The notes below the pieces were generated by a model that saw nothing but the letters and a program-made list of their open reading frames with translations, did not search any database and had not been told where the DNA came from. A stretch of DNA of 64,000 bases from a virus: the IMG/VR virus record IMGVR_UViG_3300045988_044010. One strand, written 5' to 3'. The translations under genes and the position numbers were made by a program. This document shows, one piece after another, positions 23,400 through 36,800 of the stretch; the first letter of the stretch is position 1, and the number at the start of each line of letters is the position of its first letter.

Positions 23400-23845
23400 C
23401 ACACAGAAAATCTTACACAATAAGTGACTTCTATTAGTTCTACCTATCTAATATTGAAAGAGATACTGTATATGATATTGATTATAAAGTGTACAGACAA
23501 ATAATAGAAGACTATTTTAAATTTATAGCAGACTAGGTTATTGAACATAGTAGAGAATTTAAACTACCATGCAGATTGGGTAATCTAAGTATAGTGAAAC
23601 GTAGACCTAAGAACTTTGATAATAAGAGTCTAAGGATTGATTATCATGAAAGTGCTATACAAGGTAAAGCAGTATACTTTATCAACGAACATTCCAATTT
23701 TTTTAAATTCAGATTTTTGTGGTCAAAAAAAGACAGTCTTCTAAAAAATAAAACCAGATATTAGTTTGTTGCCACCAGAGCAAACAAGAGAAGATTAGCA
23801 CAAATAATAAAAAATAGAGAGCATGATTACGTGGAGATTCGCTGA
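23396..23845 (+). CDS. hypothetical protein, 149 aa with TAG read-through
   Basis: ATG 23396 is in frame with track ORF 23576..23764 and ends at TGA 23843-23845. Confidence 0.55.
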
Positions 23846-24578
23846 TGTTAACAAATTACCTGAGGAATCTGGTATTTATATGATATTGAATATATTAAAC
23901 AATCATAAATACGTAGGTAGCACCAATAACTTTAAGAGAAGACTAACCAGACATCGCGGAGAATTACGTAAGGATAAACATCATTCCACTTACTTGTAGA
24001 GGGCGTATAATAAATATGGTGAAGACAAATTCATAATATATATACTAGAGAGATGTTAGCCTATAAAAGATACTTTGATATATTTAGAGTAGAAGTATTT
24101 GGATTTAAATCCAGAATATAATATCGAGAAAGTAGCAGATAGAAGATTTACTAAATAGGCAAAGATAAAAACAAATAAGGTAAAGCATCCAATACAACAA
24201 TATAGTTTAGACGGTAATTTTATCAGAGAATTTGACAGTATAACACAGGCAGCCAAATGGTGTGGAAATAAAAACAAACACCCTCAAATATCTTTGTGTT
24301 GTTAGGGTAAATTGATCCAAGCGTGCGGGTATCTATGGAAATATAAGAATGATGATAGAAGCATTATGCAAGTAACAAAACAACCTTGTGATAAAGGAAT
24401 AAAAGTTGATCAATTAGACATAAACGGGAACTATATTAAAACTTATGATAATATGAGAATAGCTGCAGAATCAAATGGATCAATACAAAATAGATCTGCT
24501 ATAAATAGAGTATGTAGAGGATAGAAGAAAACAGCTTTTGGGTATAAGTGGAGATACCATACAAATAATATATTATGA
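23823..24578 (+). CDS. GIY-YIG homing endonuclease, 251 aa with 6 TAG
   Basis: The GIY-YIG core reads SGIYMILN...KYVGSTNNFKRRLTRHRGEL...HHSTYL[TAG]RAYNKYGEDKFIIYILE. Two repeated modules in the C-terminal half (QYSLDGNFIREFDSITQAA, DQLDINGNYIKTYDNMRIAA) look like DNA-binding repeats. It is in frame with track ORF 24312..24524 and ends at TGA 24576-24578. Confidence 0.85.
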
Positions 24579-25486
24579 TAGACAATAATATGATATCATC
24601 TAAAGCAGTTATAGCCAAAATAATTGCTGATTTAGATTTAAAAGAAGATGAAGTTAAAATAACCGATATAAGAGAATATATTGGTGAGGCTATGGAAAAG
24701 ATAGGTGCTATATAGCAACTAGAACATAAAGTAGAAAATATTCCTGTAATAGGTTACTAGGCAAAGTTGCCATGTGATCTATACAGATTAAATTAGGTAG
24801 CATTTTCATTTGAGAATAGTTGTGGTTGGTTACCCATGAGAAAGGTTACCAACTCTTTTGGTGTTTATACCAAATGTGATAAATGCGATCCTAATATGAT
24901 AATTGGAGATAACGCTCTTATACCTTTGGTAAAGAATTTATACAACCTTATAGATGATAGGTCTGCATTAGATATCATTAACTCTGATCCTAACGTTAAA
25001 AAGACATTAAGTGCTTTAGTAAATCAATATACTATACCTAGTGTAAATGGTAGACTTATAGTAGGTAATCCAGCATCATTAAACGGATCATTACAATACT
25101 CTACTAAACCGGGGTATATTACAGTTAATGTTCCTTGTGGTTGGGTTAAGATATCTTATCATGCTATCATTACTGATGAAGATAGTATGCCTATGATACC
25201 TGACAATCCTTCTTATTTCGAAGCTATATTTTGGTATGTAGCTATGAAGTTATCTTATCCTAAGTATCTAAAAGGACAACTGAATCAAAACATATACTAT
25301 GATATGAAGAACTCATGGAACTTCTATCGTAGACAGGCTTACGCAGAAGCTATGATGCCGGGTGTAGATGAAATAGAATCTATCAAGAATGATTGGCATA
25401 AGTTATATACAGAGTTTGATGATCATGATACGTTCTTTGCTACTACTGGAGATGAACAAATAATATATAATTAGAATAGATTATGA
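24575..25486 (+). CDS. hypothetical structural-module protein, 303 aa with TAG read-through
   Basis: ATG 24575 (ATGA overlap) is in frame with track ORF 24836..25474. The apparent stop TAG 25472-25474 is followed by TGA 25484-25486, which overlaps the next ATG. Confidence 0.6.
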
Positions 25487-28400
25487 CAAATACTTTACAA
25501 ACTAACAGTTTCGTAGGTGGTATGAATATGGATATTGATATTCATGCAATACCTGAGAATCAGTATAGATATGCTGAGAACATCAGAATCATTACTGATA
25601 CTGAAGGTACTAGTGGAGTATTGCAAAATATTTAGAATATTCGCCCAGTAGATGGTGGCGGATTTATATCAGATGATGAAACTGTATTATATGCTGTTAC
25701 TGTAGATAAGTATGCTGTTATTCTTACTGTAGATAGTAAAAACATAAATAGAGTATATAGAGTATCTGATTATAATAATCTACCTCTAAAGAACACTGTA
25801 ATAATAAAAGGTAAACTATAGTATGGTAAGTCTAATAGGGTTAAAATAGTAGCTAACTATGAGGCTGAGAATAATATTAAGATATACATAACAGATGGAA
25901 ATACTCCTATTAGAGTATTAAACATTATGGATAATAAGTATGTATATGAACCGGGTGTTACCAATGACTTGTTAGATAGTGAAGGCAATATTAAAGATCT
26001 AAGTATATTAGATTTAACTCCGAGTTCATTACTATCTCCTCCAAAAATAACAGAACTAGGCTCTGGTAATTTATCATCTGGTATTGTACAATATGTATAC
26101 CAATTATTTAATGTTAGAGGATCTAACACTATTATGTCTCCTTGTAGTGGTTTAGTGCATTTAACAGACAGTAATACTTCTAGTAGCCTAAATGAATATC
26201 ATGGGTTAGATAAAGAGGTATCTACAGGTAAGTCTGTTAAAATGACTATTGATCTGGTAGATAAAACTACAGGAATAAACTATAATAGTTATTATACTAA
26301 TTGTAGGATATTTAGGATATTTTATAATGATAACACGGCATTACCAACTATTGATGTTATTGCTGAAATTAAATCATCTAGTACAGCTACTAGTATTGAG
26401 TATGAAGATTTAGGTGGAACTCCAATTAATACTATTACTTTAGAAGAATTAAATTCTTTAACAAACAATTCATTTGTAGCTTCTACTATTGAGAAGAAAG
26501 ATAATAGATTATTTGCTGCTGGTATTAAAGAAAATACTTGGAGAACAGATTATGATGCTAGAGCTTATAGATGTACTAAGGAAGGGAGACTTATTCTTAA
26601 ATCTGCTAGCGGGTAGAATGATATTGATGTAATGCTACCAGAGTATGGTTCGCAAGCATGGAAGAATATATTATCAGATATAGATCCTGAACATGATTGC
26701 ATCAATCCCTATAACTCTGTAAAGGGATAGCCAACTGCTAACGATAATCTACAATATAGTAATAAGGTTGAAAGAGGTGCTAGAATATTAGGAGGTAGTG
26801 GTATAAATGTAAGCTATAGATTTGTTTATACTGAGCTTACTATGGATACCATGTAGTCTATGAATACATCTGCAACAGAAGGTCATGACTATGCTAAGAT
26901 TCAAGTACTCCCTCAGACTACATCTTCTATGACATTCTATTTCTTAGATGGACTGAAGGATACATCAATAAATCGTAGTATTCCAGAGTATTCTAGATAG
27001 ATGAATTATGCAGATCCATATATTGATGCTAATTTCAGAGGATATTAGAGAGATGAAATATATAGATTTGGTATTGTATTCTATAACAATAAGAGTATTC
27101 CATCTAATGTTAGTTGGATTGGAGATATTAGAATGCCTAACGCTCATGAGTACCCAACCTTCTTTGCAGGAGAAAATCTTATTGGTAAAGCATTAGGATT
27201 ACAATTTGAAGTATCTAATGTACCAGAAGAAGCAGTGGCGTACGAAATAGTAAGGTGTAGACGTACTATTGATGATAGAACTGTATTGATGCAAGGAGTT
27301 ATATCAGAGATAACCAACTATCCATATAAGTATATCAATAAAGGTGATGAACCAGATAATAGTTATAGACCTAGAATACCGCTTGGATACACAGATCAGG
27401 ACATACCTGTTAAGTATGCAAAAGCTTATCCTTATGGAGAACTAGGGGCTGAGCAATCCTCTATGTTCTATAATGATAGAGTTACAAAATACTATGTTAC
27501 ATTCATAAGCCCAGAACTAGATATAACAGGTGAAAGCTTGGTAGGCAAACTTAAGAATGCTCATGCTGAATTACTATATTATTTACACCCAATAGCTAGT
27601 AAAGGATACTGGTATAAAGCTACTGATAGTTCTAATGTATTTTCTAATAAATACTTTATAACTCCTAATAATACAAATTGGGGATTTTCTTCTGACAGAG
27701 TAACAGAATCAAAGCTCATAGGATGTTATAATAGTAGCATTAATGGATTTGTAATAGCATCTGAAGAATTTGGTACACATTAGACTGTACACTCTATATC
27801 AAACTTAATAGGCAAAAGATACATATTACATAATACTGCAATATCTGAAAATAGGTTAACTGTAGATATTAATAATAACTCTATATTTCCACCAATTATG
27901 GCTGGAGGAAATATTATGGCAGAAAAGATGCAGTACTATAGAACTATTGGTGATATTAATTATCTAAACTTAGGTCATATACACAACAGTGATGGCGATA
28001 ATAATGGTGCACGTAGAGCAGGACCATTTGGTTATTGCGCAGTATTGAATGGAGATTTTACTAAGATACCAAAGTTTCATAGAGTGGATGGTGTTATACA
28101 GGCTAACTACAACATAACAAGCGTAATAGGTTCTCAAGATATATTCTTGAATAAGGCTTGGTTTGAGTTACCAGTAGTAAACATAAAACTTAGTAATATA
28201 CCATATGGTGGGAATAGTTATATAGCTAGAACTAACTCTACATATATTAGTACTAACTCATTTACTACAGTAGGACCTAGTGGTGGTCAATCTTTAGTAT
28301 ATGGTGGCGATACTTTTATTGGTGTTCATGATCATAGGACTGCCAACGCATTCCCAGATCCGGGTGACGGAGATTATAGAGCATCATTAATTAGCTGTAC

Positions 28401-29649
28401 AGATTATATTCCAGTAGAAAGTAGTATTAATCTAGCATTGCAATATGGTGAAACTACTAGTCGTAGTTGTGAAGGTATGGATGATTATACTAACCCATAT
28501 TTAGGTACTACTATAGATGGGGGTACGTTGGGTAATTATAATAAATAGACTAAACCATACTATGCATATAATGATGCATATTCAGTTCAAGGTGATGCAA
28601 AGAAGTATGTTACAGAATCAGCTTATGCAATAACTAATGCTAATAATATAAATAGAATTGTATATTCACAAGCTAAGATTAATAATGAAGTAACGGATAG
28701 TTGGTTACAGTTTAAGTTTGCAGATTACTTAGATGTAGACAATCAGTATGGTAAGATAACCAATCTTAAGTCATTTAATGACAAACTGTTCTTCTGGCAA
28801 GATAGCGCATTTGGAGTAGCTTCTGTAAATGATAGATCACTTATTACTGATAACAATATTAGTGAACTTACTTTAGGTACTGGTGGTATATTGACAAGAT
28901 ACGATTATATTACTACTGGTAATGGGTCATCTGTTATAAACGACAATAGTATAACTAACTCTGACTTCGCATTATATTGGCATGATAGAGATAAAAATGA
29001 GTTATGCCAATTCTCTGATACTATACATAAGTTGTCTAAAGAGAAAGGAGTATAGACTTATTTGAATGCAAATCCTAACTTTGTAGTTCATGATTCATTC
29101 TATGATAATGAATTCAACGAAGTTAGATTCTGTTTCAATACTAAGACATTAGTATATAATGAATATACCCAAAGTTTTACTTCATTTTATACTGAAAATC
29201 CTACTAGTCACTTGAAATTTTCTGACAAGTTGTTATATATCAAAGACAATAAAGTGATGCAAACCGAAGATCGTGCGTTAAATGTAATGGAGTGTAAGAT
29301 ATAGTATATTATTAATAAAGATATACTATATACTAAGACATTTGACAATGTATTCTTTAGCGGTCAGTTTAGAGATATAAAGAATATGCTTACTGATGCT
29401 ACATTTAGAACTACAGATCAAGTAGGTACTATTACTTAGGATTATGTAAATGGTGGTTATGCTATAGATCATAGAGAAAATACATATAGATTTGCTATAG
29501 GCAGAGAATAGAATAGTGATGATACATTATCATATCCGGGCAGATTAAGAGGTAAGTACTTAATATGTGATCTTACTTTGAATTGTGGAGAACAACACAA
29601 CTTTACTCTCCCTAATATTAATACAACATATAGATACTCATTAGTATAA
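25483..29649 (+). CDS. large virion/tail structural protein, 1388 aa with TAG read-through
   Basis: ATG 25483 and track ORFs 25927, 27133, 27898 and 29062 are all in one frame, joined by TAG only. It ends at TAA 29647-29649. The N-terminus reads SFVGGMNMDIDIHAIPENQYRYAENIRI. The function is assigned by position and size only. Confidence 0.65.
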
Positions 29650-31838
29650 TGAAAAAAAAGAATAAGATAAATAAATACCAAACGGGCGGGTATAATTTTA
29701 ATAGTGATTATATAAAGTCAAGATACTAGAATATTACTAGTAATCCTTTGCGACCTATTAGTCCTGCAATGTCTGCACAAGTTCCATAGAAACTATCAGG
29801 AAATCCTATACAGACACAACCATATAATCCTAGTACAAGTACTAATATCATGGGAGTAGCTGGTAATATGATAAGTGGAGCAGGTGATATGTTAACTCTA
29901 GTAGGAGGTAATTCTAATGCTGCTACTGGAGGTGAGGCTGCTAAAGAATCTGTATAGAGTGTATTCAAGGGAGCTGCCACTGGAGCTAAAATGGGAGCTG
30001 AATTAGGACCTGTTGGAGCCGTTGTTGGTGGAATAGGTGGAGCTGTAGTTGGTTCCATAGGTAAAAGTGGTAAAGTACAAGTAAACGGATTCTATGAAGA
30101 TCCTACTCTTACATTAGGTACTGGATTTAAAGGAGCTGTATAGAACAAAGGTCTTAGAGAAAAGTACAGAAGAGAAAAAGAAAGAGTACTGGGTAATAGA
30201 TTTGCATTGCAAAATAGTGCATTATTGAATGCTGATTGGAATGAAACATATGATCAGTATGTAGATACTATGGCATATGGAGGTACTACTTCTAGTCTGG
30301 CTTATGTAGATGATGGTGAGCTTATTAATACTCCAGATGGTAACATATTAGAAGTACCAGAAGAAGGTAAACCTACAGATAGTAATTTAGTAAATATTCC
30401 GGAAGGCAGTAGAATATTAAGTGATACTTTGAAAGTGCCCGGAAGTAAAGAAACATTTGCACAAATGGGTAAAAGAATGATGTCTAAAAAGAAAAGTAAA
30501 GGCAAAGACAAATATGCTGAGAATTCAGCTAAATTGAATTAGATGAATGATCAAATGATTCATGATCAATTATTTAACCTACAAGAATCTATAAAGAGTT
30601 CTAAAAATCAATCTATAGACAAGTTTAAGGATGGTGGAACTAAACGAGGCTTCAGATATAGAGATAATTCTGGAAAAGAATATGATTATCAAATAGGTGA
30701 TACATTTGATTATAAAGGAAGAAAATATAAAGTAACAGATAGAAATAGTGCTGTACCATTAGATGACAAATACTCTGGTTTCAACGCAAACATGAATCCA
30801 GATAATATATTGACTTCTTTATATTAGACAGAAGGATTACCTATTAATTTGCCGAATGTAGATGCTTCAGCATCAGCCATTGCCGCCAATAGAATAGCTA
30901 GAAGACCTAGAGCAAAGATGGTAGATACTGTTAATAACGAATTAGATCTTAGTAATGAGGCTATAGATAGACTAGGAACAGAGAGAATACCTACAAGCTA
31001 CTCAGCGTCTCCCACTCGTAAAAGAACAGTATCAAGTGCTACTGCTGTACCTACTGCTACTAGATCTACTAGAACCAATGCAACTACTACTGATCTACCA
31101 CTAATAGATAATGCATTAGATTTAAGTGCAGAATACCCTTCTAGACTTGGACAGGAAACAATTTATACTACTCCTTCTACAGTATCATCTGAAGTACCAG
31201 AAGCAGGTTCTACAAGGAGCCCACGTATCAGAAATAGTTTTGATTGGAGAAAATTAGGTCAAGGATTGACAGATTTAGCAGCTTTAACTCCAGTATTATC
31301 TAACCTAGGAACTACCGCAGAAAGTTTTGATACAGTATATAATCCATACTCTAGTCAAATACTTAGTACTATGGCTGGTAGAAAATATGATATTACTCCA
31401 GCTAGAAGAGCTATCAGAGAGAACAGAGCTATATCAAACTACAATGCTTCTCAATCTAATACAAATACAGGAGCTAGTATGGCTTATAGATTACAAAGTC
31501 AGGTAGCTGCAGATAAAGCTATAGCAGATTTATATTCACAGAAGAGTAATATTGAGAATCAATATAAAGGAGAATACGCAAATACTCTCAATAACTTAGG
31601 ACAGCAATTTGTATCTGCTCGTAACATGTCTACTGATCTGAATGCTAGAAGTAGAGCAGCAGCTAGAAATATTAACAGAGAAGCTTTATCACAGATAAGT
31701 AACTACGCACAGAATAGAAGATTAATGAATAATCAAAAGTATAGAGATATGGCTATGTTGGATGCATACGCTCCTTTCTTAGAATCTATATATAAGACAG
31801 AAGATTATTCTAACTTAATGAGTAAATTTAGAAGATAA
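29649..31838 (+). CDS. virion internal/ejection protein candidate with Gly-rich hydrophobic segment, 729 aa with TAG read-through
   Basis: ATG 29649 (TAATG overlap) and track ORFs 30207, 30543 and 30849 are in one frame and end at TAA 31836-31838. It contains a GAELGPVGAVVGGIGGAVVGSIG segment. Confidence 0.55.
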
Positions 31839-31839
31839 T

Positions 31840-33798
31840 ATGGCAGCAAATATGTACGATCAAGCCGCATAGGCTTAGTTTATTAATACTTATGCTCCAA
31901 TTAATTTTGGAGAATTGTTTAGAATTGGTGCAGCGCAGAAAGAAGAAATGGATAGAGCTGCCCAACAATTTGGAGCATAGTTATAGAAGTTTGGAGAATT
32001 TAGATCACCGTCTGCTGTAGATACTCAAAGATATTATGATCTTACTACTGGTAGACAGGATATACAAGATGCTATAAATCAAATGGTATCCAACCCAGAT
32101 GCTTTGAAGGATGCTTCCTTTAGATCTAGCTTACAGTCGTTAATTAATAATGTAGATTATTCTTCATTAAGTAAGCTAAAACAGAGTGCTGAAAATCTGG
32201 ATGCTAGACAGAAGATGATAGCTCAGATGAGGGCTGCTGGTAAATATAATTAGAATTGGGATGATATAAATATAGGAGAATGGAATACTTTAGAAGGTGG
32301 TATTATGACAGATCTTGCTCCTATAGAGTATTTAACAGCTAACGCACTGAGTAACGCATACTTTGATAACTTAAAACCCAGTACACTTAGTCCTGTATAT
32401 AAAGATGGAGTAAAATATCAAAGACAAGGCATTACCTATGATACTTTGAAAGGTATAGCAGACGCTAGATTCAATGACTTAATCAGAACTCCACAAGGTC
32501 AAAAGTATTATGAAGATGCATTAAGATCTGCTAACGGTAATGAAGATATAGCTAGAGAAGCATTTACTACCATGATAGCTGATTCTCAGAGAGATAGAAT
32601 AGTAGAACAAGAAACTGTAGATCCATATTGGTTAGCTCAAGCTAAACATTCAATGACAAGATCAGGTAGTACTGAGATAGTTAGACCTCAACCTACAAGA
32701 CTTGATTTTCTTAATGATACCATGTATAAGTCTGTTAAGAATAAGGTAGGAGCTAGATTAGATACTGGTTATAGGGATTACATACAAAGTCTTATCACTA
32801 AATACCCTAATACCAAAATAGCAGAAGATGCTAAGAAGGGATTAGCAAATATAGATAATATGACTGACAAAATGGTACAGTTAGGAGAAATGGCTAATTT
32901 ATATGCTAAGAGATATGAAGCTACTGGTAGTGATCAAGATTTTATCAATTACAATACAGCTTTTAATATGGCAAGAGACTATCAAAATAGATTACTACAA
33001 CAAGGAAATAAATATGTATTAAGAAATGAGTTTCAAAATGTTGCTGGATTTTCTCCAATATCTGTATCTACTAATAAAGAATTTAATACAGAGAAATATT
33101 TATCTGGTATAAATTCAGCATTAGATGTTATTAAAGGTAAAATAGGTATTACTAAGGATGATGAGTTATTAACTGCAGTAGGAGGAAGACCATCTACAGT
33201 GGTAAATGATAATGGTACTACTAACGAAATATTTAACTTTGATTCTAGTAATGGTTTCTTAATGCCTGAAACTGTATTCAATATAGCAGCAGATGTGAAA
33301 CCTAGAGAAATTAAAAGAGCTGCTGGTACATTTAGAAGTGGAGACTTCCCTTTGAAAGAATTAGTAGAAGGCGGGAAGCTTAAGGATGTACAATTCAAAC
33401 CAGATAATGGAGTTATTAAAATAGGAGATAATTTTGCTTTATCTGGAAAAATAAGAATACCCAAGGATGAAATAACTAGGTATATCAGTACCGGCATATT
33501 CTCATTACCTAGAGGAAAGCAATACGAAACTACCAACTTCCCAACTACAGTGTAGAGCATTAGATCATCTATAGAAAATTTATTTGGTGGTAGAAAGGTA
33601 ACTGAGAAAGTAGGAGAAGACGGAAAAGAATTCTATGAAATTGAAAGTTATAAAGTATTACCTAAGGAAGATATATCCTCAGAATATTGGCAAAGAGTAA
33701 ATCAATCTTGGCAAGGAGGAAAATCAGGGCTTGGCGGAGCTTCGTAGGCAAAAGATACTTATATGGATTCAGCAGAACAATTATTATCAGGAGTATAA
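31840..33798 (+). CDS. large virion protein, 652 aa with TAG read-through
   Basis: ATG 31840 is in frame with track ORF 32305..33555. It reads through TAG 33553 and one more TAG to TAA 33796-33798. Confidence 0.6.
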
Positions 33799-33803
33799 TT
33801 AAT

Positions 33804-36800
33804 ATGGCAAAACAAAAAATATATGATCCTAGTTTGATCAGTAGTGTAAGACAAAGAAGTCGTGATTATAGTAACTATCTATCTCCCAAAGCGGATTTAG
33901 ATAGTTATGTTCATACTATGTCAAATATTCCTACATAGGATAGTGCGCCAGATTCATTTGGTGTTTCAGATTATTTGTCTAATGCATTCTATGATTGGAA
34001 TCTTACTAGAAATGAAACTAATAAAGATACTGCTTTAGGTGAGTATGTCTTTCTACAAAAAGACTATGATATACTAACAGGAGCTCAATAGTACTTAGAA
34101 GGGGTAAAGAATGTTCTTTAGTTACGCAAAGCTATGGATACGGATCCTAATGCTAACACTCCAGAAAATAAACAGTTACTAAGAGAAGAATCTATCAAAG
34201 TATAGAACAATAAAGTTAATTATGACAAATTATTAGCTAAAGACTTTAATGATCAAGCTGTTCGTGATAATATATTTCCTGAAAGATTTGCTGGTAGACC
34301 TATAGACTTACAGATAGAGATCATACAAACTGTACTAGGTGATGGTGAAATAGATAGACAAGGTGTAATAGCTAGAAGAGACGATGCTTTAAAGAAAGCT
34401 GAGAAATATAAAAAATTTGCAGAATATTGGCAAAGTAAAATGACATCTCAATATTATAGTGATAAGAAGAATTCTCCCGGTATGGATCTAACGGATATAG
34501 ACACGTATCTGTATAAACTACCGGGTCTTTTAGGTTCATCTGCTTCTAGCGCTGGCTCCTAGTTAATAGGTACTCTTGGTGCTATGTTTAGTACAAGAGG
34601 AGCAGGTGGTGTTATGGGTACTTTAGGCTCATTGACTGCGTTTGTAACAGGAAATGTGTACGCAAGAGATCAAGAATCTAAAGCTGAAGTATATCAAAAC
34701 TATAAGTAGAATGTAATGAATTCTGCTAAAAAAGATGGTATAGACAAATAGGTACTTAAAGATGCTAAATCTCAAATGCAAGAAATGGGTTATACACAAG
34801 AACAAATAGATAATGATGATTTTGTGTATGAACAAATATTGTCTAATAAAGTAAAGGTAAATAACAATTCTTTAAACCGTATAAGACTTAATAAAATGGA
34901 TGGTTTAAAGTCTCTTTATACAGACAATATGGCTTTATCTGGAAGTGATATAGTTCAGACAGTACTAGAAGTAACTCCATTGGGTCCTATAGCTAAAAAA
35001 GTAAGAGGATTATCGTCTTTAAAAAAACTTGCTAACAGCAAATATGGTAAAACAGCTTAGGTAATTGCTAGTAAAACTGGAAATCTTAAACAACAGTTAG
35101 CAGATAGAATTGACGATGTTGTAGCATTTGGCATAGAGAGTATAGACAAATTACCTAGACTTACTAGAAGAAAGGCAATAAAAGACATAGCTGGTAGAAT
35201 TGTAATAACATCGGCTTTAGAAGGAGCAGAGGAAGGAGTTCAGTATATAAAAGGTCAAAGATATATAGATGGAGATTTTGAGTCTGATCCTAATCTGATC
35301 AGTAGCTACGTACGTAATTTAGGTACTGGCGCTAGATCTGTATTTGCTGCTATTACTCCATGGGATCCAGTATATTCAGATGACTAGGAGTTTATGGAGA
35401 ACTTTAAAGGTGGTGCTCTATTAGGCGGTTTGATGACTTCTGTAATAGGTACTGCAACTAGTATTAAACCTTTAAATGATCAGATATCTGGTGATAGATT
35501 CTTAGCTGCTTTATATGCAGATAGAGAGGCATAGAAAGATCAAGTTCGTAAGAACATACTATATGGTTCTAAGATAAGAGAAGGTAAATGGAATACTGTT
35601 GAAACAGCGTTTGATAATCTTGTTAACTCTAAAATAGATGGTATAGATGTAGCTGAAATCTAGGAAGAACAGAAAAGAGCTAGATAGATGTATAATATAT
35701 TTACCTCTAATAGAACTGTAGCACAAGCTCAACAGTTAGACATAGATCCAAGAACCGAAGATTATGATATATTTGTAGCTTTAAAAGATCACCACGATCA
35801 GCAAGTAAGAGATGCTAGAGCTACTGCTACTGAACACAGAAGTGAAGCTGATAATTTACTGTATAGTCCTCAAGTATAGGAATACATTGAGAAACTTAAT
35901 ATAAAAGATATAGATCAAGTATCTACTATGAGAAGCGCTATAGCAGCTAAAATTCAACTTGATACTATGTTCCAGTTATATAACGAGTTTGAAAATAAAC
36001 AAAAGACTAAACTAGAGTAGATACAAAAACATACTGGTACTAAAACATCAAAAGCAGATGTAGTACAGTTTGCTGGAATGCTTAACAAAGATATTAAATC
36101 ATTCTAGGAACAGTATGAGAATCTGAAAAAACAGGTTACAGCTCTGGGTATCAAGGAAGAAGATTTAGAGGTTCCATCATTGCATCAAGATTTAAAAGAA
36201 GCTTATGAGAAAGTTATAGCTTCTGAATTAGATCTTAGACGAGCTGAAATGGAACAAACTATTATGGAATCCACAGATAAAGAAGCCATATAGGCTAAGA
36301 TAAATAAGTGGAAAGATGTAGAGGATGCTAGTAATAAGTTTATGTAGCGTCTGGATGACTTATACTCAGGTAAAACAGAAAAGCAGAATGAACAAGATTC
36401 TGAAGATGTCAAACCTGAAGTGTATGAGCAATCACCAGAACCAGTACCTTCTACTATAGAGGATGAGGTTAAAGAACCCACTGATATTTCTGATAAAAGA
36501 AAATAGATAGTTTAGAACAGAGAATAGTATTTTACTCAGGAAAGAGATTCTAGAGGAAGTAATAAATTTGTTTTAAATCCAGACAATACATTTGGTGATG
36601 CCTATAAAAATGCTAATATAAAACTTCAGCAGTCATATAAATTATTATTCCCAAATACAAAAAACTATTCTGACAATGCTGCACAATCTAGGTTAGCATC
36701 TTCTAATCGTCATGGTGAAGTAGCTGATGCTTGGGAAGAGGTGTATAATCTTCGTAATCAATTAGAAGAAGAAGTAGGAGAAAATGGAGCAACACCTAAA

